Assembly (NCBI GenBank): GCA_964433255.1 | Contig: CAYSQG010000001.1 | Coordinates: 18,069 to 82,068 of the forward strand | Origin: an uncultured Leucobacter sp. | GTDB lineage: Bacteria > Actinomycetota > Actinomycetes > Actinomycetales > Microbacteriaceae | DNA: 64,000 nucleotides | Direction: 5' to 3' | In this document: positions 1 through 9,908 of the stretch, piece after piece | Position numbering within the stretch: position 1 is the first letter of the stretch | How the letters are laid out: every line of letters begins with the position of its first letter | The notes under the pieces: generated by a model | The model's input: the letters and a program-made list of their open reading frames with translations, nothing else | Database searches by the model: none | What the model was told of the DNA's origin: nothing | Position numbers and translations under genes: made by a program

Positions 1-1557
1 AGTGCAGACTGGCCCCGGGCCCGTGACAGTTTGCGTTTTCGTGAGGCGTTTACCCTGCAGCTCTCTCTGTTAGACCGACGCAGGCGAACCGGTCTCTCCG
101 CAACGACGCCCCGGCCATCCGGGGGGTCGTTGCTTGCTCGCTTTGATGCCGCACTGCCCTTCGAACTCACCGATGATCAGCGACAGGCGGCACACGTCAT
201 CGCCGACGAGTTGGCAGCACCACACCCCATGCATCGGCTCTTGCAGGGCGAGGTGGGATCTGGAAAAACTGTGGTCGCGCTGCGAGCGATGCTGCAGGTT
301 GCCGACAGTGCTGGTCAGAGCGCGCTGCTTGCGCCCACTGAGGTCTTGGCGTCCCAGCACTTCAGGTCGATCGTGCAGACGCTCGGCCCAGACCTCGCCG
401 CACAGGTGAACCCAGTGCTGCTCACCGGATCCATGCCTGCAGCGGAACGCAAACGTGCGCTGCTTTCACTCGCTTCCGGCAACTCTCGTATCGCGGTGGG
501 AACGCACGCGCTGCTTGGCGATCAGGTCAGTTTTTTCGATCTCGGACTGGTGGTGGTCGACGAGCAACACCGATTTGGGGTAGAACAGCGAGAAACTTTG
601 CGCGCAAAGGGAGCCACCGATACAACAGCAGGGGGGCCGCACGTGCTTGCGATGACCGCCACCCCAATTCCTCGCACCGTGGCACTCACCGCATTCGGTG
701 ATCTTGAAGTCACCACGATTCGGCAGCTGCCCGCAGGCAGACAGGGCATTGAGACGTTTGCTGTTCCAGAGCTCGAGATGCCAAAACGTGCTGAACGGGT
801 GTGGGCGCGCATGGCCGAAGATGTGGCACAGGGGCGACAAGCCTATGTGGTCTGCCCGGCTATTTCGCCACGCGAAGGTCTTGAAGAAGGCTTTGCAGAC
901 AGCGTGGATCAGCCTGACGATGCAGGTTCTTCCGCACTGCGTGTTCTGGCCAATGTGCAGCAGACCCTCGAAGAGCTGCGATCCATGCCAGCTTTTGCGG
1001 CATTTCGCATCGAGGGGCTCAGCGGTACGATGTCCAGCTCCGAAAAAGACCGCATCATGACCGAGTTCGCTGCCGGCGAGGTAGACATTTTGGTGGCCAC
1101 CACCGTCATCGAGGTCGGCGTGAACGTGCCAAACGCGAGCATCATGGTGGTGCGAGACGCTGACCGGTTCGGCATCTCACAACTGCATCAGCTGCGTGGC
1201 CGTGTGGGTCGCGGCGAACATGCGGGGTTGTGCCTGCTCATGACTCAGGCTGCACCCGGATCCGCGGCCCGTGAACGCATCGACGCTGTTGCGGCGACAA
1301 CAGATGGTTTCGCACTTGCGGAGGTCGATCTCGAGTTGCGCCGTGAGGGAGACATTCTTGGCACCGCCCAATCGGGGGGGAGGAGCGCTCTCAAACTCCT
1401 TCGGGTGGCAGAGCATGGCGACGTCATTGAACGGGCCCGTGAACTTGCAGGGCGGCTGCTGAGCGATGATCCAGAGCTCACCGACCACCAGTTACTTGCC
1501 GGCCAGCTGGCGCAGCTGAAGCGCGAATCGCAATTTCAAAACTTGGCAAAATCGTAG
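1..1557 (+). CDS. recG: ATP-dependent DNA helicase RecG (5'-truncated by window edge)
   Basis: Frame open from base 1; RLLQGEVGSGKT (motif I), DEQHRFGV, TATPIPRT, QLHQLRGRVGRG, TRG motif DLELRREGDILG. Confidence 0.96.
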   Translation, partial: SADWPRARDSLRFREAFTLQLSLLDRRRRTGLSATTPRPSGGSLLARFDAALPFELTDDQRQAAHVIADELAAPHPMHRLLQGEVGSGKTVVALRAMLQVADSAGQSALLAPTEVLASQHFRSIVQTLGPDLAAQVNPVLLTGSMPAAERKRALLSLASGNSRIAVGTHALLGDQVSFFDLGLVVVDEQHRFGVEQRETLRAKGATDTTAGGPHVLAMTATPIPRTVALTAFGDLEVTTIRQLPAGRQGIETFAVPELEMPKRAERVWARMAEDVAQGRQAYVVCPAISPREGLEEGFADSVDQPDDAGSSALRVLANVQQTLEELRSMPAFAAFRIEGLSGTMSSSEKDRIMTEFAAGEVDILVATTVIEVGVNVPNASIMVVRDADRFGISQLHQLRGRVGRGEHAGLCLLMTQAAPGSAARERIDAVAATTDGFALAEVDLELRREGDILGTAQSGGRSALKLLRVAEHGDVIERARELAGRLLSDDPELTDHQLLAGQLAQLKRESQFQNLAKS

Positions 1558-1641
1558 GTGGAGTGAACTGCTGAAGAGTTTTGCTGTGAAAAGGGTTTGT
1601 GCTGCAGCGGTGAGGTCGCTCCACCCCCTAAACTTTTGCGT

Positions 1642-2136
1642 ATGAGCACCATTGCCGTTGTCCCTGGATCTTTTGACCCGGTCACTCTGGGGCACCTCGA
1701 CGTCATTCGCCGCGCCGCAATGATTTTCGATGAAGTGCACGTGCTCGTGGTGCATAATCCGGGTAAATCGGCCATGCTCCCAATCAGTGAACGCATGAAC
1801 CTGCTGCAACAAGCGATCGACGAAGACCCTACAATTCCTGACACCATTACTGTTGCCTCGTGGTCAGTAGGACTGCTGGTGGACTACTGCACCGAGGTCG
1901 GTGCGAATGTGTTGGTGAAGGGTCTTCGGTCGCAAATCGACGTGTCGTACGAAACCCCAATGGTGCTCATGAATCGCAGCCTTGCTGGGGTTGAGACCGT
2001 GTTTTTGCTGCCAGAACCTGCACACTCGTTTGTCTCGAGTTCGCTCGTTCGCCAAGTGGCTTCTCTCGGTGGCGACGTGAGCGAATACGTGCCATCTGCG
2101 GTGGCGAAATACCTCGCAACTAACAGACCCGCTTAG
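1642..2136 (+). CDS. coaD: Phosphopantetheine adenylyltransferase
   Basis: [26 protein letters not shown] motifs; ATG 1642 follows TAAACT -10 box. Confidence 0.96.
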   Translation: MSTIAVVPGSFDPVTLGHLDVIRRAAMIFDEVHVLVVHNPGKSAMLPISERMNLLQQAIDEDPTIPDTITVASWSVGLLVDYCTEVGANVLVKGLRSQIDVSYETPMVLMNRSLAGVETVFLLPEPAHSFVSSSLVRQVASLGGDVSEYVPSAVAKYLATNRPA

Positions 2137-2167
2137 CCATCACAGCTGCTTCAGCTACACTATTTCG

Positions 2168-2713
2168 GTGTCTAGCTTGCGCCAATACGAAGAAAATGTT
2201 CGTGACCTCATCAATCGTCCAGGTGAAATGCGTGAACGCGAGCGCACGGTTGAAGTCCCTGAGTCGTTCGGAGAGGCGTTAGCCTCGATCCCAGCCGGTG
2301 AACTCATGCACCTTGCTGTGCGTCTTGAATCGGTACACGAGGGCATTTTGGCTTCAGTGAGCGCCGACACCACAATGCACGCGGAGTGTGGCAGGTGCCT
2401 TGAGAAGTTCACCGCGCCATTCGAAGTCGAATTTCAGGAGCTTTTCGCGTATACTCCTACAGAGGCCGACGAGCAGCGGGTTCACGGTGATCACGTGAAT
2501 CTTGAACCCCCGCTCCGAGACGCGGTGGTGCTTGCACTGCCGTTCCAGCCTGTGTGCCGCGAAGATTGCCCGGGGCTAGACCCCACTACCGGTGAGCTGC
2601 GCAGTGCCGAGGCTGCAGCTCAGCCCGAGGCGATAGATTCGCGTTGGGCGGCGCTGGCCAGTTTGCTGGCCGAAGACAAAGACCTGGGTCGGGCAACCGA
2701 TACCGAGAAGTAG
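2168..2713 (+). CDS. YceD/DUF177 family protein
   Basis: ECGRCL and LALPFQPVCREDCPGL, DSRWAAL tail; directly upstream of rpmF. Confidence 0.92.
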   Translation: MSSLRQYEENVRDLINRPGEMRERERTVEVPESFGEALASIPAGELMHLAVRLESVHEGILASVSADTTMHAECGRCLEKFTAPFEVEFQELFAYTPTEADEQRVHGDHVNLEPPLRDAVVLALPFQPVCREDCPGLDPTTGELRSAEAAAQPEAIDSRWAALASLLAEDKDLGRATDTEK

Positions 2714-2756
2714 TGTCGGGTAACCGGCACCAACAACCAAGAGAAGAGAGAGCATC

Positions 2757-2960
2757 ATGGCTGTTCCCAAGCGCAAGATGTCGCGTTCGAACACCCGCCA
2801 CCGCCGTTCGCAGTGGAAGGCCGAAGTTCCAAACCTGGTGAAGACCGTCGAGGGTGGCCGCACCGTGTACAGCCTGCCTCACCGCGCCCGTGTGGTCGAA
2901 GATTCACAGGGCAACCCCCTGTTTCTCGAATACAAGGGTCGCAAAGTCGCCGACGCGTAA
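2757..2960 (+). CDS. rpmF: 50S ribosomal protein bL32 (cysteine-free form)
   Basis: [22 protein letters not shown]; no Zn-ribbon cysteines. Confidence 0.96.
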   Translation: MAVPKRKMSRSNTRHRRSQWKAEVPNLVKTVEGGRTVYSLPHRARVVEDSQGNPLFLEYKGRKVADA

Positions 2961-2975
2961 GTCGGCCAACACGCG

Positions 2976-3716
2976 ATGAGCAAGCAGCCGTCGAGTTCGC
3001 ACCAGAGCGAGCCCGGCGGTTTTCTTGCGTCCTCAGCTGCGCAGGTTGACCCTGAGTTGCTGCAGCAAGCACTGACACACCGGTCCTGGGCCTACGAGCA
3101 CGGCGGTGCGCCTCACAACGAGCGGTTAGAGTTTCTCGGCGACTCGATTTTGGGCCAATCCGTCACGGTGCAACTGTTCACTGATCACCCCGAACTCTCC
3201 GAGGGTGAGCTCTCGCGTCGTCGCGCGGCACTGGTATCCAGTGCGGCGCTCGCAGAGATTGCTCGTGGCATTGGTCTTGGCGAGCATCTGCGGCTCGGTG
3301 TCGGAGAAGAGCGCAGCGGTGGTCGCGACAAAGACTCAATTTTGGCAGATGCTGTTGAAGCCATAATTGGCGCCATGTATCTGTCAACCGACGCAGACAC
3401 TGCTGAACGCTTTGTGCGTGAACTCATACAGCCGCTGCTCGCAGACCCCGAACGTTTCACTATTTCTCTCGACCCAAAAACTACGGTGCAAGAAGAAGCC
3501 GATGCTCGCGGGGTACCGCGGCCAAGCTACGACATTGTCGGGTCTGGGCCAGATCACGACCGCAGGTTTCACGCAACGGTCACGCTCGACGGATTCACCG
3601 GTGTGGGCGATGGCATCAGCAAAAAGGCCGCTGAAATCGCCGCCGCACGGCAGCTCATCACCGCCATGCGCGATGGGGAGGCGCTCAGGCACCGCAAACG
3701 CAACTCACATGCCTGA
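2976..3716 (+). CDS. rnc: Ribonuclease III
   Basis: HNERLEFLGDSILG signature, ADAVEAIIGA, C-terminal dsRBD. Confidence 0.96.
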   Translation: MSKQPSSSHQSEPGGFLASSAAQVDPELLQQALTHRSWAYEHGGAPHNERLEFLGDSILGQSVTVQLFTDHPELSEGELSRRRAALVSSAALAEIARGIGLGEHLRLGVGEERSGGRDKDSILADAVEAIIGAMYLSTDADTAERFVRELIQPLLADPERFTISLDPKTTVQEEADARGVPRPSYDIVGSGPDHDRRFHATVTLDGFTGVGDGISKKAAEIAAARQLITAMRDGEALRHRKRNSHA

Positions 3717-4680
3717 ACTCCCCGAAGTTGAGGTAGTGCGCGCTGGGTTGGCAGCTGCGGTGAACGGGGCACGTGTCGTCGGAGTAGAGGTGAACGATAG
3801 CCGCGCGATCAAGCGGCACCAATATCTTGGTGGGCAGGCGAGTCAAGACAACACTCAACCCCCTGTGTTCAAAAGCGATGTGAACTCAAGCGCGGATTTT
3901 GAGCGTCGACTCACCGGCTCGGTGTTCGCTGCTCCAGCGAGGCGGGGCAAGTTTCTGTGGCTGCCGATCGTAGCCGAAAGCCCTCAAGAGCCCGCTGCCA
4001 AGGCGCTGTTGGCCCATTTGGGCATGAGCGGGCAGATGCTGCTGCGCACGCATGAGGCCCCTGACGATCGACACGTGCGGGTGCGCATCTGGCTGGAGCA
4101 CCCCAACCACGGCCCGTTGCGTCTCGATTTTGCCGATCAGAGGCTGTTTGGATCCTTGGCAATTGACCAGCTGGTGCCAACCGCAGACGGCCAACCAGCG
4201 GGCTGGGGCACCGACACAGCTCTGATGCCCTCGCAAGCGGTTCACATCGCGCGAGACCCGCTCGACCCCGCCTTCGACGATCACGCTTTCGTTTCGGCCC
4301 TTCGCGGTCGCACCACCGCAGTCAAGCGGGCACTGCTCGACCAAACACTCATCAGTGGGGTCGGAAACATCTACGCTGATGAATCACTGTGGCTCACCAA
4401 ACTGCACCCCGAGACCCCGGGTCGCCGCATTGCATCTGCGAAGGCGCACGAACTGCTGAACCAGGTGCGCACGGTGTTTCAGAAAGCCCTGGCTGAAGGT
4501 GGCACGAGTTTTGACGCCCAATATGTGAACGTCAATGGGCAGGCCGGCTACTTTGCGCACTCGTTGAATGCCTACGGGCGAACTGCCCAACCTTGCCCAC
4601 GCTGCGAAACCCCAATCAAGCGGGTGCAGTTCATGAATCGGTCGAGCCACTTTTGCCCACGGTGCCAGCGCAGACGGTAG
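3709..4680 (+). CDS. mutM: Formamidopyrimidine-DNA glycosylase
   Basis: MPELPEVE start at 3709, RRGKFLW, HLGMSG, GVGNIYADE (H2TH), CPRC...CPRCQ zinc finger. Confidence 0.96.
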   Translation: MPELPEVEVVRAGLAAAVNGARVVGVEVNDSRAIKRHQYLGGQASQDNTQPPVFKSDVNSSADFERRLTGSVFAAPARRGKFLWLPIVAESPQEPAAKALLAHLGMSGQMLLRTHEAPDDRHVRVRIWLEHPNHGPLRLDFADQRLFGSLAIDQLVPTADGQPAGWGTDTALMPSQAVHIARDPLDPAFDDHAFVSALRGRTTAVKRALLDQTLISGVGNIYADESLWLTKLHPETPGRRIASAKAHELLNQVRTVFQKALAEGGTSFDAQYVNVNGQAGYFAHSLNAYGRTAQPCPRCETPIKRVQFMNRSSHFCPRCQRRR

Positions 4681-4697
4681 GTCATTTCGCACACATA

Positions 4698-4733
4698 CGC
4701 GTGGGGCCCAGGCCGCAGCCTGAACCCCACGCG
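4698..4733. terminator. GC-rich hairpin between convergent mutM and aceA
   Basis: CGCGTGGGG..CAGGC-CGCA-GCCTG..CCCCACGCG inverted repeat. Confidence 0.7.
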
Positions 4734-4756
4734 GGTACCGCTCGATTGAGCAGGTC

Positions 4757-6352
4757 TTAGTTGAACTGGTTCATGGTGTTGTCTTTGCCGCCAGCCTTCA
4801 GAGCGGCTTCACGAGCGAAGTACTCCTTGTGGTTGTCGCCAATGTCACTTCCAGCCATGTTTTGATGCTTCACCGTTGCGATGCCCTCGCGAATTTCGCG
4901 ACGCTGCACGTCGCGCACGTAGGTGAGCATGCCCTCCTCGCCGAAGTAGCCCTTCGCCAGGTTGTCGGTCGACAGCGCGGCGGTGTGGTAGGTCGGCAGG
5001 GTGATGAGGTGGTGGAAAATGCCAGCCCGCGCTGAACCTTCGCGCTGGAACGAACGAACCTTTTCGTCAGCCAGCAGGCCAAGCTCGGTGCTGTCGTACT
5101 CTGCGCTCATGAGGTTCGCACGGTCGTACGCCGACACATCCTTGCCCTCTTCGGCCATCTGGTCGAAGGCCTGCTGACGAAAGTTCAGCGTCCAGTTGAA
5201 CGATGGGCTGTTGTTGTACACGAGCTTGGCGCTCGGAATGACCTCGCGAATGCGGTCAACCATGCCGGCAATTTGGTCGACATTGGGTTTCTCTGTTTCG
5301 ATCCACAGCAAATCTGCGCCGTTCTGCAGCGAGGTGATGCAGTCAAGCACCACACGGTCCTCGCCGGTGCCTGGGCGGAACTGGTAGAGGTTGCTTGGCA
5401 AACGCTTCGGGCGAAGCAGTTTGCCCTCACGCTTGATGATGACGTCACCATTGCCAAGGTCCGATTCTGAGATCTCTTCAACGTCGAGGAACGAGTTGTA
5501 TTGATCACCCAGGTCACCCGGAGTGTGGCTGACAGCGAGTTTCTGGGTCAGGCCTGCACCGAGTGAGTCGGTGCGGGCAACGATGATGCCGTTGTCGATG
5601 CCAAGTTCAAGAAACGCGTAGCGAACCGCGTTGATTTTTGCGAGAAAATCCTCGTGGGGCACAGTCACCTTGCCATCTTGGTGACCACACTGTTTTTCGT
5701 CCGAGACCTGGTTCTCGATCTGAATAGCGCAGGCGCCGGCTTCGATCATTTTTTTGGCCAACAGATAGGTTGCCTCCGGGTTGCCGAACCCAGCATCGAT
5801 GTCAGCAATAATTGGCACGACGTGCGTCTCGAAGTTATCAATCTGTGTCTGAATGAACTCGATCGCCGTCTCATCGCCCGCGGCTCTGGCGTCGTCAAGC
5901 TTGGTGAACAGCAGGTCGAGCTCCCGCGCGTCAGCTTGGCGGAGGAAGGTGTACAGCTCTTCGATGAGCGCCGGTACCGCGGTTTTTTCGTGCATGGACT
6001 GGTCGGGGAGTGGCCCGAAGTCAGACCGGAGCGCCGCAATCATCCATCCTGAGAGGTACAGGTAGCGCTTGTTGGTGCTTTTGAAGTGCTTTTTGATGGA
6101 GATCAACTTTTGCTGGCCAATGAAGCCGTGCCACACGCCGAGTGATTGAGTGTATTTCGCGACGTCGTGGTCGTATTCCTCCATGTCACGGCGCATGATA
6201 TCTGCGGTGTACTGGGCAATGTCGAGACCAGTCTTGAACCGGTTTTGTGCACGCATGCGTGCGGCATATTCCGGGTTGATGGCCTGCCAGGTCGAGCCGT
6301 GCTCTTGCTTCAGAGTTTCGATGGCGGCGATGTCATCTAGGTAGGCAGTCAT
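4757..6352 (-). CDS. aceA: Isocitrate lyase, 531 aa Pseudomonas-like type
   Basis: YLSGWM, PIIADIDAGFG, QIENQVSDEKQCGHQDGK, WIETEKP, YNNSPSFNW; start MTAYLDD after AGAAGGA RBS. Confidence 0.95.
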   Translation of the reverse strand: MTAYLDDIAAIETLKQEHGSTWQAINPEYAARMRAQNRFKTGLDIAQYTADIMRRDMEEYDHDVAKYTQSLGVWHGFIGQQKLISIKKHFKSTNKRYLYLSGWMIAALRSDFGPLPDQSMHEKTAVPALIEELYTFLRQADARELDLLFTKLDDARAAGDETAIEFIQTQIDNFETHVVPIIADIDAGFGNPEATYLLAKKMIEAGACAIQIENQVSDEKQCGHQDGKVTVPHEDFLAKINAVRYAFLELGIDNGIIVARTDSLGAGLTQKLAVSHTPGDLGDQYNSFLDVEEISESDLGNGDVIIKREGKLLRPKRLPSNLYQFRPGTGEDRVVLDCITSLQNGADLLWIETEKPNVDQIAGMVDRIREVIPSAKLVYNNSPSFNWTLNFRQQAFDQMAEEGKDVSAYDRANLMSAEYDSTELGLLADEKVRSFQREGSARAGIFHHLITLPTYHTAALSTDNLAKGYFGEEGMLTYVRDVQRREIREGIATVKHQNMAGSDIGDNHKEYFAREAALKAGGKDNTMNQFN

Positions 6353-6404
6353 GATGGGTCCTTCTGGTTGTGGGTTTCGGTCACACTCACGGATGCGGCT
6401 GTGG

Positions 6405-6479
6405 TGCGTATTTCTACTCTGACCGACGTGCAAGCCACTTGAACACGTATTTAGAGAAGAAATAATGCGTTATTTCTAC
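6405..6479. promoter_or_regulatory. Repeated operator-like motif upstream of aceA
   Basis: TGCGTATTTCTAC (6405-6417) and TGCGTTATTTCTAC (6466-6479); inverted repeat AGAAATAA-tgcg-TTATTTCT (6458-6477). Confidence 0.6.
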
Positions 6480-6579
6480 AAAAGAGAAACTTTCACCCAT
6501 TCCGTGGGCCGGTGGGCATGCTGATGGTCAGCAAGACACTCACGGCGGTTCGGGGTGGTTGGTGCAGGGGAGGGCTGAC

Positions 6580-7269
6580 TCAGCCGAACCTGAGCTCGAG
6601 ACGGGCACCCGGATCCGCGTCAATGCTTGGCAACTCGAGCAGTTCGCCGCCGTATTGGTCGAGGCACCATTGCACTCGCGACTTGAACAAGCCCACACCG
6701 CGCTCGCTGAGCATGCCATCATGGGTCAGAAACACGCGTCTCGGAGCCGAGGTCAGCACAAAATCCATGACCTGGGCAATATTTGACCAGGGTGATCCGA
6801 TTGGCACCCCAAGTACTTCGGCTATGAGGGGCGCCCGGGTCAAGGAGTCGCCGCCCCAGGCTAGGGTCTGATTCACACGTACCCCAACGTTGTCAATCAC
6901 CTCGATGCTGGAATGCAAGAGCTCGTGCCGGTGACCATAAAATTCGAGCGAAAACGGGCCGATCTGGTGTCGATCGCCCTCATGCACCACGTGCACCCCT
7001 TCGGTGATTCCCGCCTCCGAAAGCGCACGGGAGGTTGATGCGGTTGTGAAGATGGGTGCAGCGGTGGCGGCGGCGCGCACGGCCGCTACGTGCGCCGGTG
7101 TCCAGTGATCGATGTGTTCGTGAGTGATCACCAACGCAGCGATGGGGTCACTCGCACGGATCGCGGCATCGAGCTGCTTAGCACTCGTGAAATCACCCAC
7201 GTCAATGAAAAGAGAATTGCCACCCTCTTCTATGACCAGGCCCGCGTGTGAGAGTCGAAAGCACCGCAT
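6580..7269 (-). CDS. Metallo-beta-lactamase-fold hydrolase
   Basis: ITHEHIDH (HxHxDH), GGDS and THDG motifs; TAGACT 6 nt before ATG. Confidence 0.88.
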   Translation of the reverse strand: MRCFRLSHAGLVIEEGGNSLFIDVGDFTSAKQLDAAIRASDPIAALVITHEHIDHWTPAHVAAVRAAATAAPIFTTASTSRALSEAGITEGVHVVHEGDRHQIGPFSLEFYGHRHELLHSSIEVIDNVGVRVNQTLAWGGDSLTRAPLIAEVLGVPIGSPWSNIAQVMDFVLTSAPRRVFLTHDGMLSERGVGLFKSRVQWCLDQYGGELLELPSIDADPGARLELRFG

Positions 7270-7376
7270 GGGACGAGTCTATTGCGAGGCCTCGGGCGTC
7301 TGAATCATTTTGTGAAAGGAGACATGCTGTGGCAAGATGGACTGGTTGCCCTGGCTCTCACAGCCGGGGTGTGCGC

Positions 7377-7452
7377 GGCCCCATCGTATAGCGGCCTAGT
7401 ACGCCGCCCTCTCACGGCGGTAACGCGGGTTCGAATCCCGCTGGGGTCACCA
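7377..7452 (+). tRNA. tRNA-Glu (anticodon CTC), CCA encoded
   Basis: Acceptor GGCCCCA/TGGGGTC, anticodon arm CCGCC-CTCTCAC-GGCGG, T arm GCGGG-TTCGAAT-CCCGC. Confidence 0.97.
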
Positions 7453-7455
7453 CTG

Positions 7456-7487
7456 GGGGGCTTATTCCAATGGAATAAGCCCCCTTT
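7456..7487 (+). terminator. Intrinsic terminator after tRNA-Glu
   Basis: 14-bp perfect inverted repeat GGGGGCTTATTCCA/TGGAATAAGCCCCC followed by TTT. Confidence 0.85.
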
Positions 7488-7650
7488 GGCATTGAGTTGA
7501 CTCGCCTATTCCGAGCGCCATCCGGTCACATGTGGGTGTCGCTCAACAGATGCGCACTCTCGGTGAGTTGTGCACAGGTCACACGTGCAAGCAAGGCTCG
7601 TGTCAACAACAGTGCCAGAATAGAACCCTGACAGTGAAAGGTGGGCACAC

Positions 7651-8709
7651 ATGAGCTTCAGTGTTGCTGTTGCTGGTGCGAGCGGTTATGCGGGTGGCGA
7701 ACTGCTGCGCCTCATCTCAGGCCACCCCGAATTTGACCTGCGCACCGTAACGGGTCACTCCAGCGCGGGTGACCTGCTGATTGCGCACCAGCCTCACCTG
7801 CGATCCTTGTCGCACCTGAGGCTGCAACCGACCACCGCTGAGGTGCTAGACCACCACGACATCGTGTTCTTTGCCCTGCCGCACGGTGCGTCGGGTGAGC
7901 TCACCGCGCAGCTCACGCAGGTGAAACTCGCAGTCGATTGTGGTGCAGACCACCGATTGCGTGACAGCAATGACTGGGCCAACTTTTATGGCGGCCACCA
8001 CCACGAACACTGGGCCTACGGCGTGCCTGAACTTCTGGCGATCGACGAAACGGGTGCCCCAACCAAGCTCCGTGAGTCCTTGAGAGGTGTCACTCGCATT
8101 GCAGCACCCGGATGCAACGCAAGCACCGTGGCGCTCTCTCTCATTCCCGGTGTGATTACCGGTGCCATCGATGCCAGCGACATCGTGAGCGTACTCGCCG
8201 TCGGCCCAAGTGGTGCCGGCAAGTCGGCAAAAACTCACCTCCTGGGCGCAGAACTCATGGGCACCGCGAACCCATACGCCGTGGGTGGCACTCACCGTCA
8301 TATCCCTGAGATCCAACAGACTCTGCGAGATGCCGGTGCGCCAGATCCACGCATCAGCTTTACCCCGGTCTTGGTGCCGATGAGTCGTGGCATTCTTGCG
8401 ACCAGCACTGCACCTCTCGCCCCAGGGGTTTCCGTTGACCAGGTGCGCGAAGCCTGGGTTGACGCCTATGCGCACGAACCGTTTGTGCACGTGCTGCCTG
8501 AAGGTCAGTTCCCGCGCACCGCTGATGCCCTTGGTGCAAACACCTGCCTCATCGGGCTCGCAGTCGATGAAGCTGCCAAACGAGTTGTCGTCGTTGCGGC
8601 CCTCGACAACCTCACCAAGGGCACCGCTGGTGCGGCTATTCAATCGGCCAACATTGCCCTCGGACTGCCTGAAACACTTGGCCTCACCGTCGACGGTGTC
8701 GCCCCATAG
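7651..8709 (+). CDS. argC: N-acetyl-gamma-glutamyl-phosphate reductase
   Basis: [35 protein letters not shown]. Confidence 0.96.
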   Translation: MSFSVAVAGASGYAGGELLRLISGHPEFDLRTVTGHSSAGDLLIAHQPHLRSLSHLRLQPTTAEVLDHHDIVFFALPHGASGELTAQLTQVKLAVDCGADHRLRDSNDWANFYGGHHHEHWAYGVPELLAIDETGAPTKLRESLRGVTRIAAPGCNASTVALSLIPGVITGAIDASDIVSVLAVGPSGAGKSAKTHLLGAELMGTANPYAVGGTHRHIPEIQQTLRDAGAPDPRISFTPVLVPMSRGILATSTAPLAPGVSVDQVREAWVDAYAHEPFVHVLPEGQFPRTADALGANTCLIGLAVDEAAKRVVVVAALDNLTKGTAGAAIQSANIALGLPETLGLTVDGVAP

Positions 8710-8727
8710 GCACAGAAAGACAGCATC

Positions 8728-9900
8728 ATGACAGTCACCGCACCACAAGGGTTCCGCTCTGCCGGCATCGCAGTCGGGCTCAAGAGCACCGGCAAGCCTG
8801 ACCTGGCCCTGGTGGTCAACGACGGGCCACACCGGGCGAGTGCGGCAGTGTTCACCAGCAACCGGGCCCAGGCCAATCCAATTCTCTGGAGCAAAGCGGT
8901 CGCTGCGGCCGGCCCTGCGAAGGCTATCGTGCTGAACTCTGGTGGGGCCAACTGCTTCACCGGTGAGTTTGGCTACGAAACCACGCAACTCACCGCTCAG
9001 GCGGTCGCATCCACCCTCACTGAGGCTGGGCTCACCGCCCAACCCAATGAAATTTTCGTCTGTTCGACAGGACTCATCGGCACCGGTGATCAAACGTTTC
9101 GCGACAAAATCGTCAACAACATCCCGGTGCTCGTCGCTGCGTTGAGTGCCGAAGACAGCTCCGCGCCGGCAGCAATCATGACCACAGATAGTGTGCAAAA
9201 AACTGCCACCTTTGTCAGCGATTCGGGGTGGACAATCGGTGCCATGGCGAAAGGCGCCGGCATGCTCGCGCCAGGCCTCGCCACCATGCTGGTGGTCATC
9301 ACGACAGACGCAAAAATCGATTCAGTCACCGCAGATCGCGCGCTCAGGCGCGCCACCCGCACCAGTTTCGACCGGCTTGACAGCGATGGCTGCATGTCAA
9401 CCAACGACCAAGTAACACTCCTGGCGAGTGGGGCCAGTGAAACGGAACCTGACCCCACCGAATTCGGTGAAGCCCTGGCTGAAGTGTGTGATCACCTGGC
9501 TGCACAGCTGCAACACGACGCAGAGGGCGCAAGCCACGATATCGATATTGAAGTCATTGGTGCCGCACACGAGGCCGATGCGGTTGAAGTGGCACGATCT
9601 GTCGCCCGCAACAACCTCTTTAAGGCAGCAATTTATGGCAACGACCCGAACTGGGGTCGCGTGCTCGCCGCGATCGGCACCACCAGTGCCGAGTTCGACC
9701 CATACCGAGTTGATGTGAGCTTCAACGGAGTTCGCCTCTGTCATGCGGGTGGGCCTGACCGCCCGATCGAGGAGTGTGATTTGACCCCCCGTCGCACGCA
9801 CGTGCTCATTTCTTTGTTTGCCGGTGAAGCTTCAGCCACGGTGCGTACCAACGACCTCACCCACGAGTACGTGCACGAAAACTCGGCCTATTCCAGCTAA
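8728..9900 (+). CDS. argJ: Bifunctional glutamate N-acetyltransferase / ornithine acetyltransferase
   Basis: [38 protein letters not shown]. Confidence 0.96.
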   Translation: MTVTAPQGFRSAGIAVGLKSTGKPDLALVVNDGPHRASAAVFTSNRAQANPILWSKAVAAAGPAKAIVLNSGGANCFTGEFGYETTQLTAQAVASTLTEAGLTAQPNEIFVCSTGLIGTGDQTFRDKIVNNIPVLVAALSAEDSSAPAAIMTTDSVQKTATFVSDSGWTIGAMAKGAGMLAPGLATMLVVITTDAKIDSVTADRALRRATRTSFDRLDSDGCMSTNDQVTLLASGASETEPDPTEFGEALAEVCDHLAAQLQHDAEGASHDIDIEVIGAAHEADAVEVARSVARNNLFKAAIYGNDPNWGRVLAAIGTTSAEFDPYRVDVSFNGVRLCHAGGPDRPIEECDLTPRRTHVLISLFAGEASATVRTNDLTHEYVHENSAYSS

Positions 9901-9908
9901 GGACTCCC

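Noticed and set aside
6484-6496. RamB box upstream of aceA (GAGAAACTTTCAC)
   Set aside because: Only a partial match to AA/GAACTTTGCAAA; the repeated TATTTCT motif is better supported
6580-7269. MBL-fold gene and the APH-like gene as antibiotic resistance genes
   Set aside because: Both look like conserved chromosomal families; the MBL has no signal peptide and the APH-like protein lacks the catalytic aspartates
7846-9198. 450-aa minus-strand ORF
   Set aside because: Antisense shadow of argC/argJ with no recognisable motif
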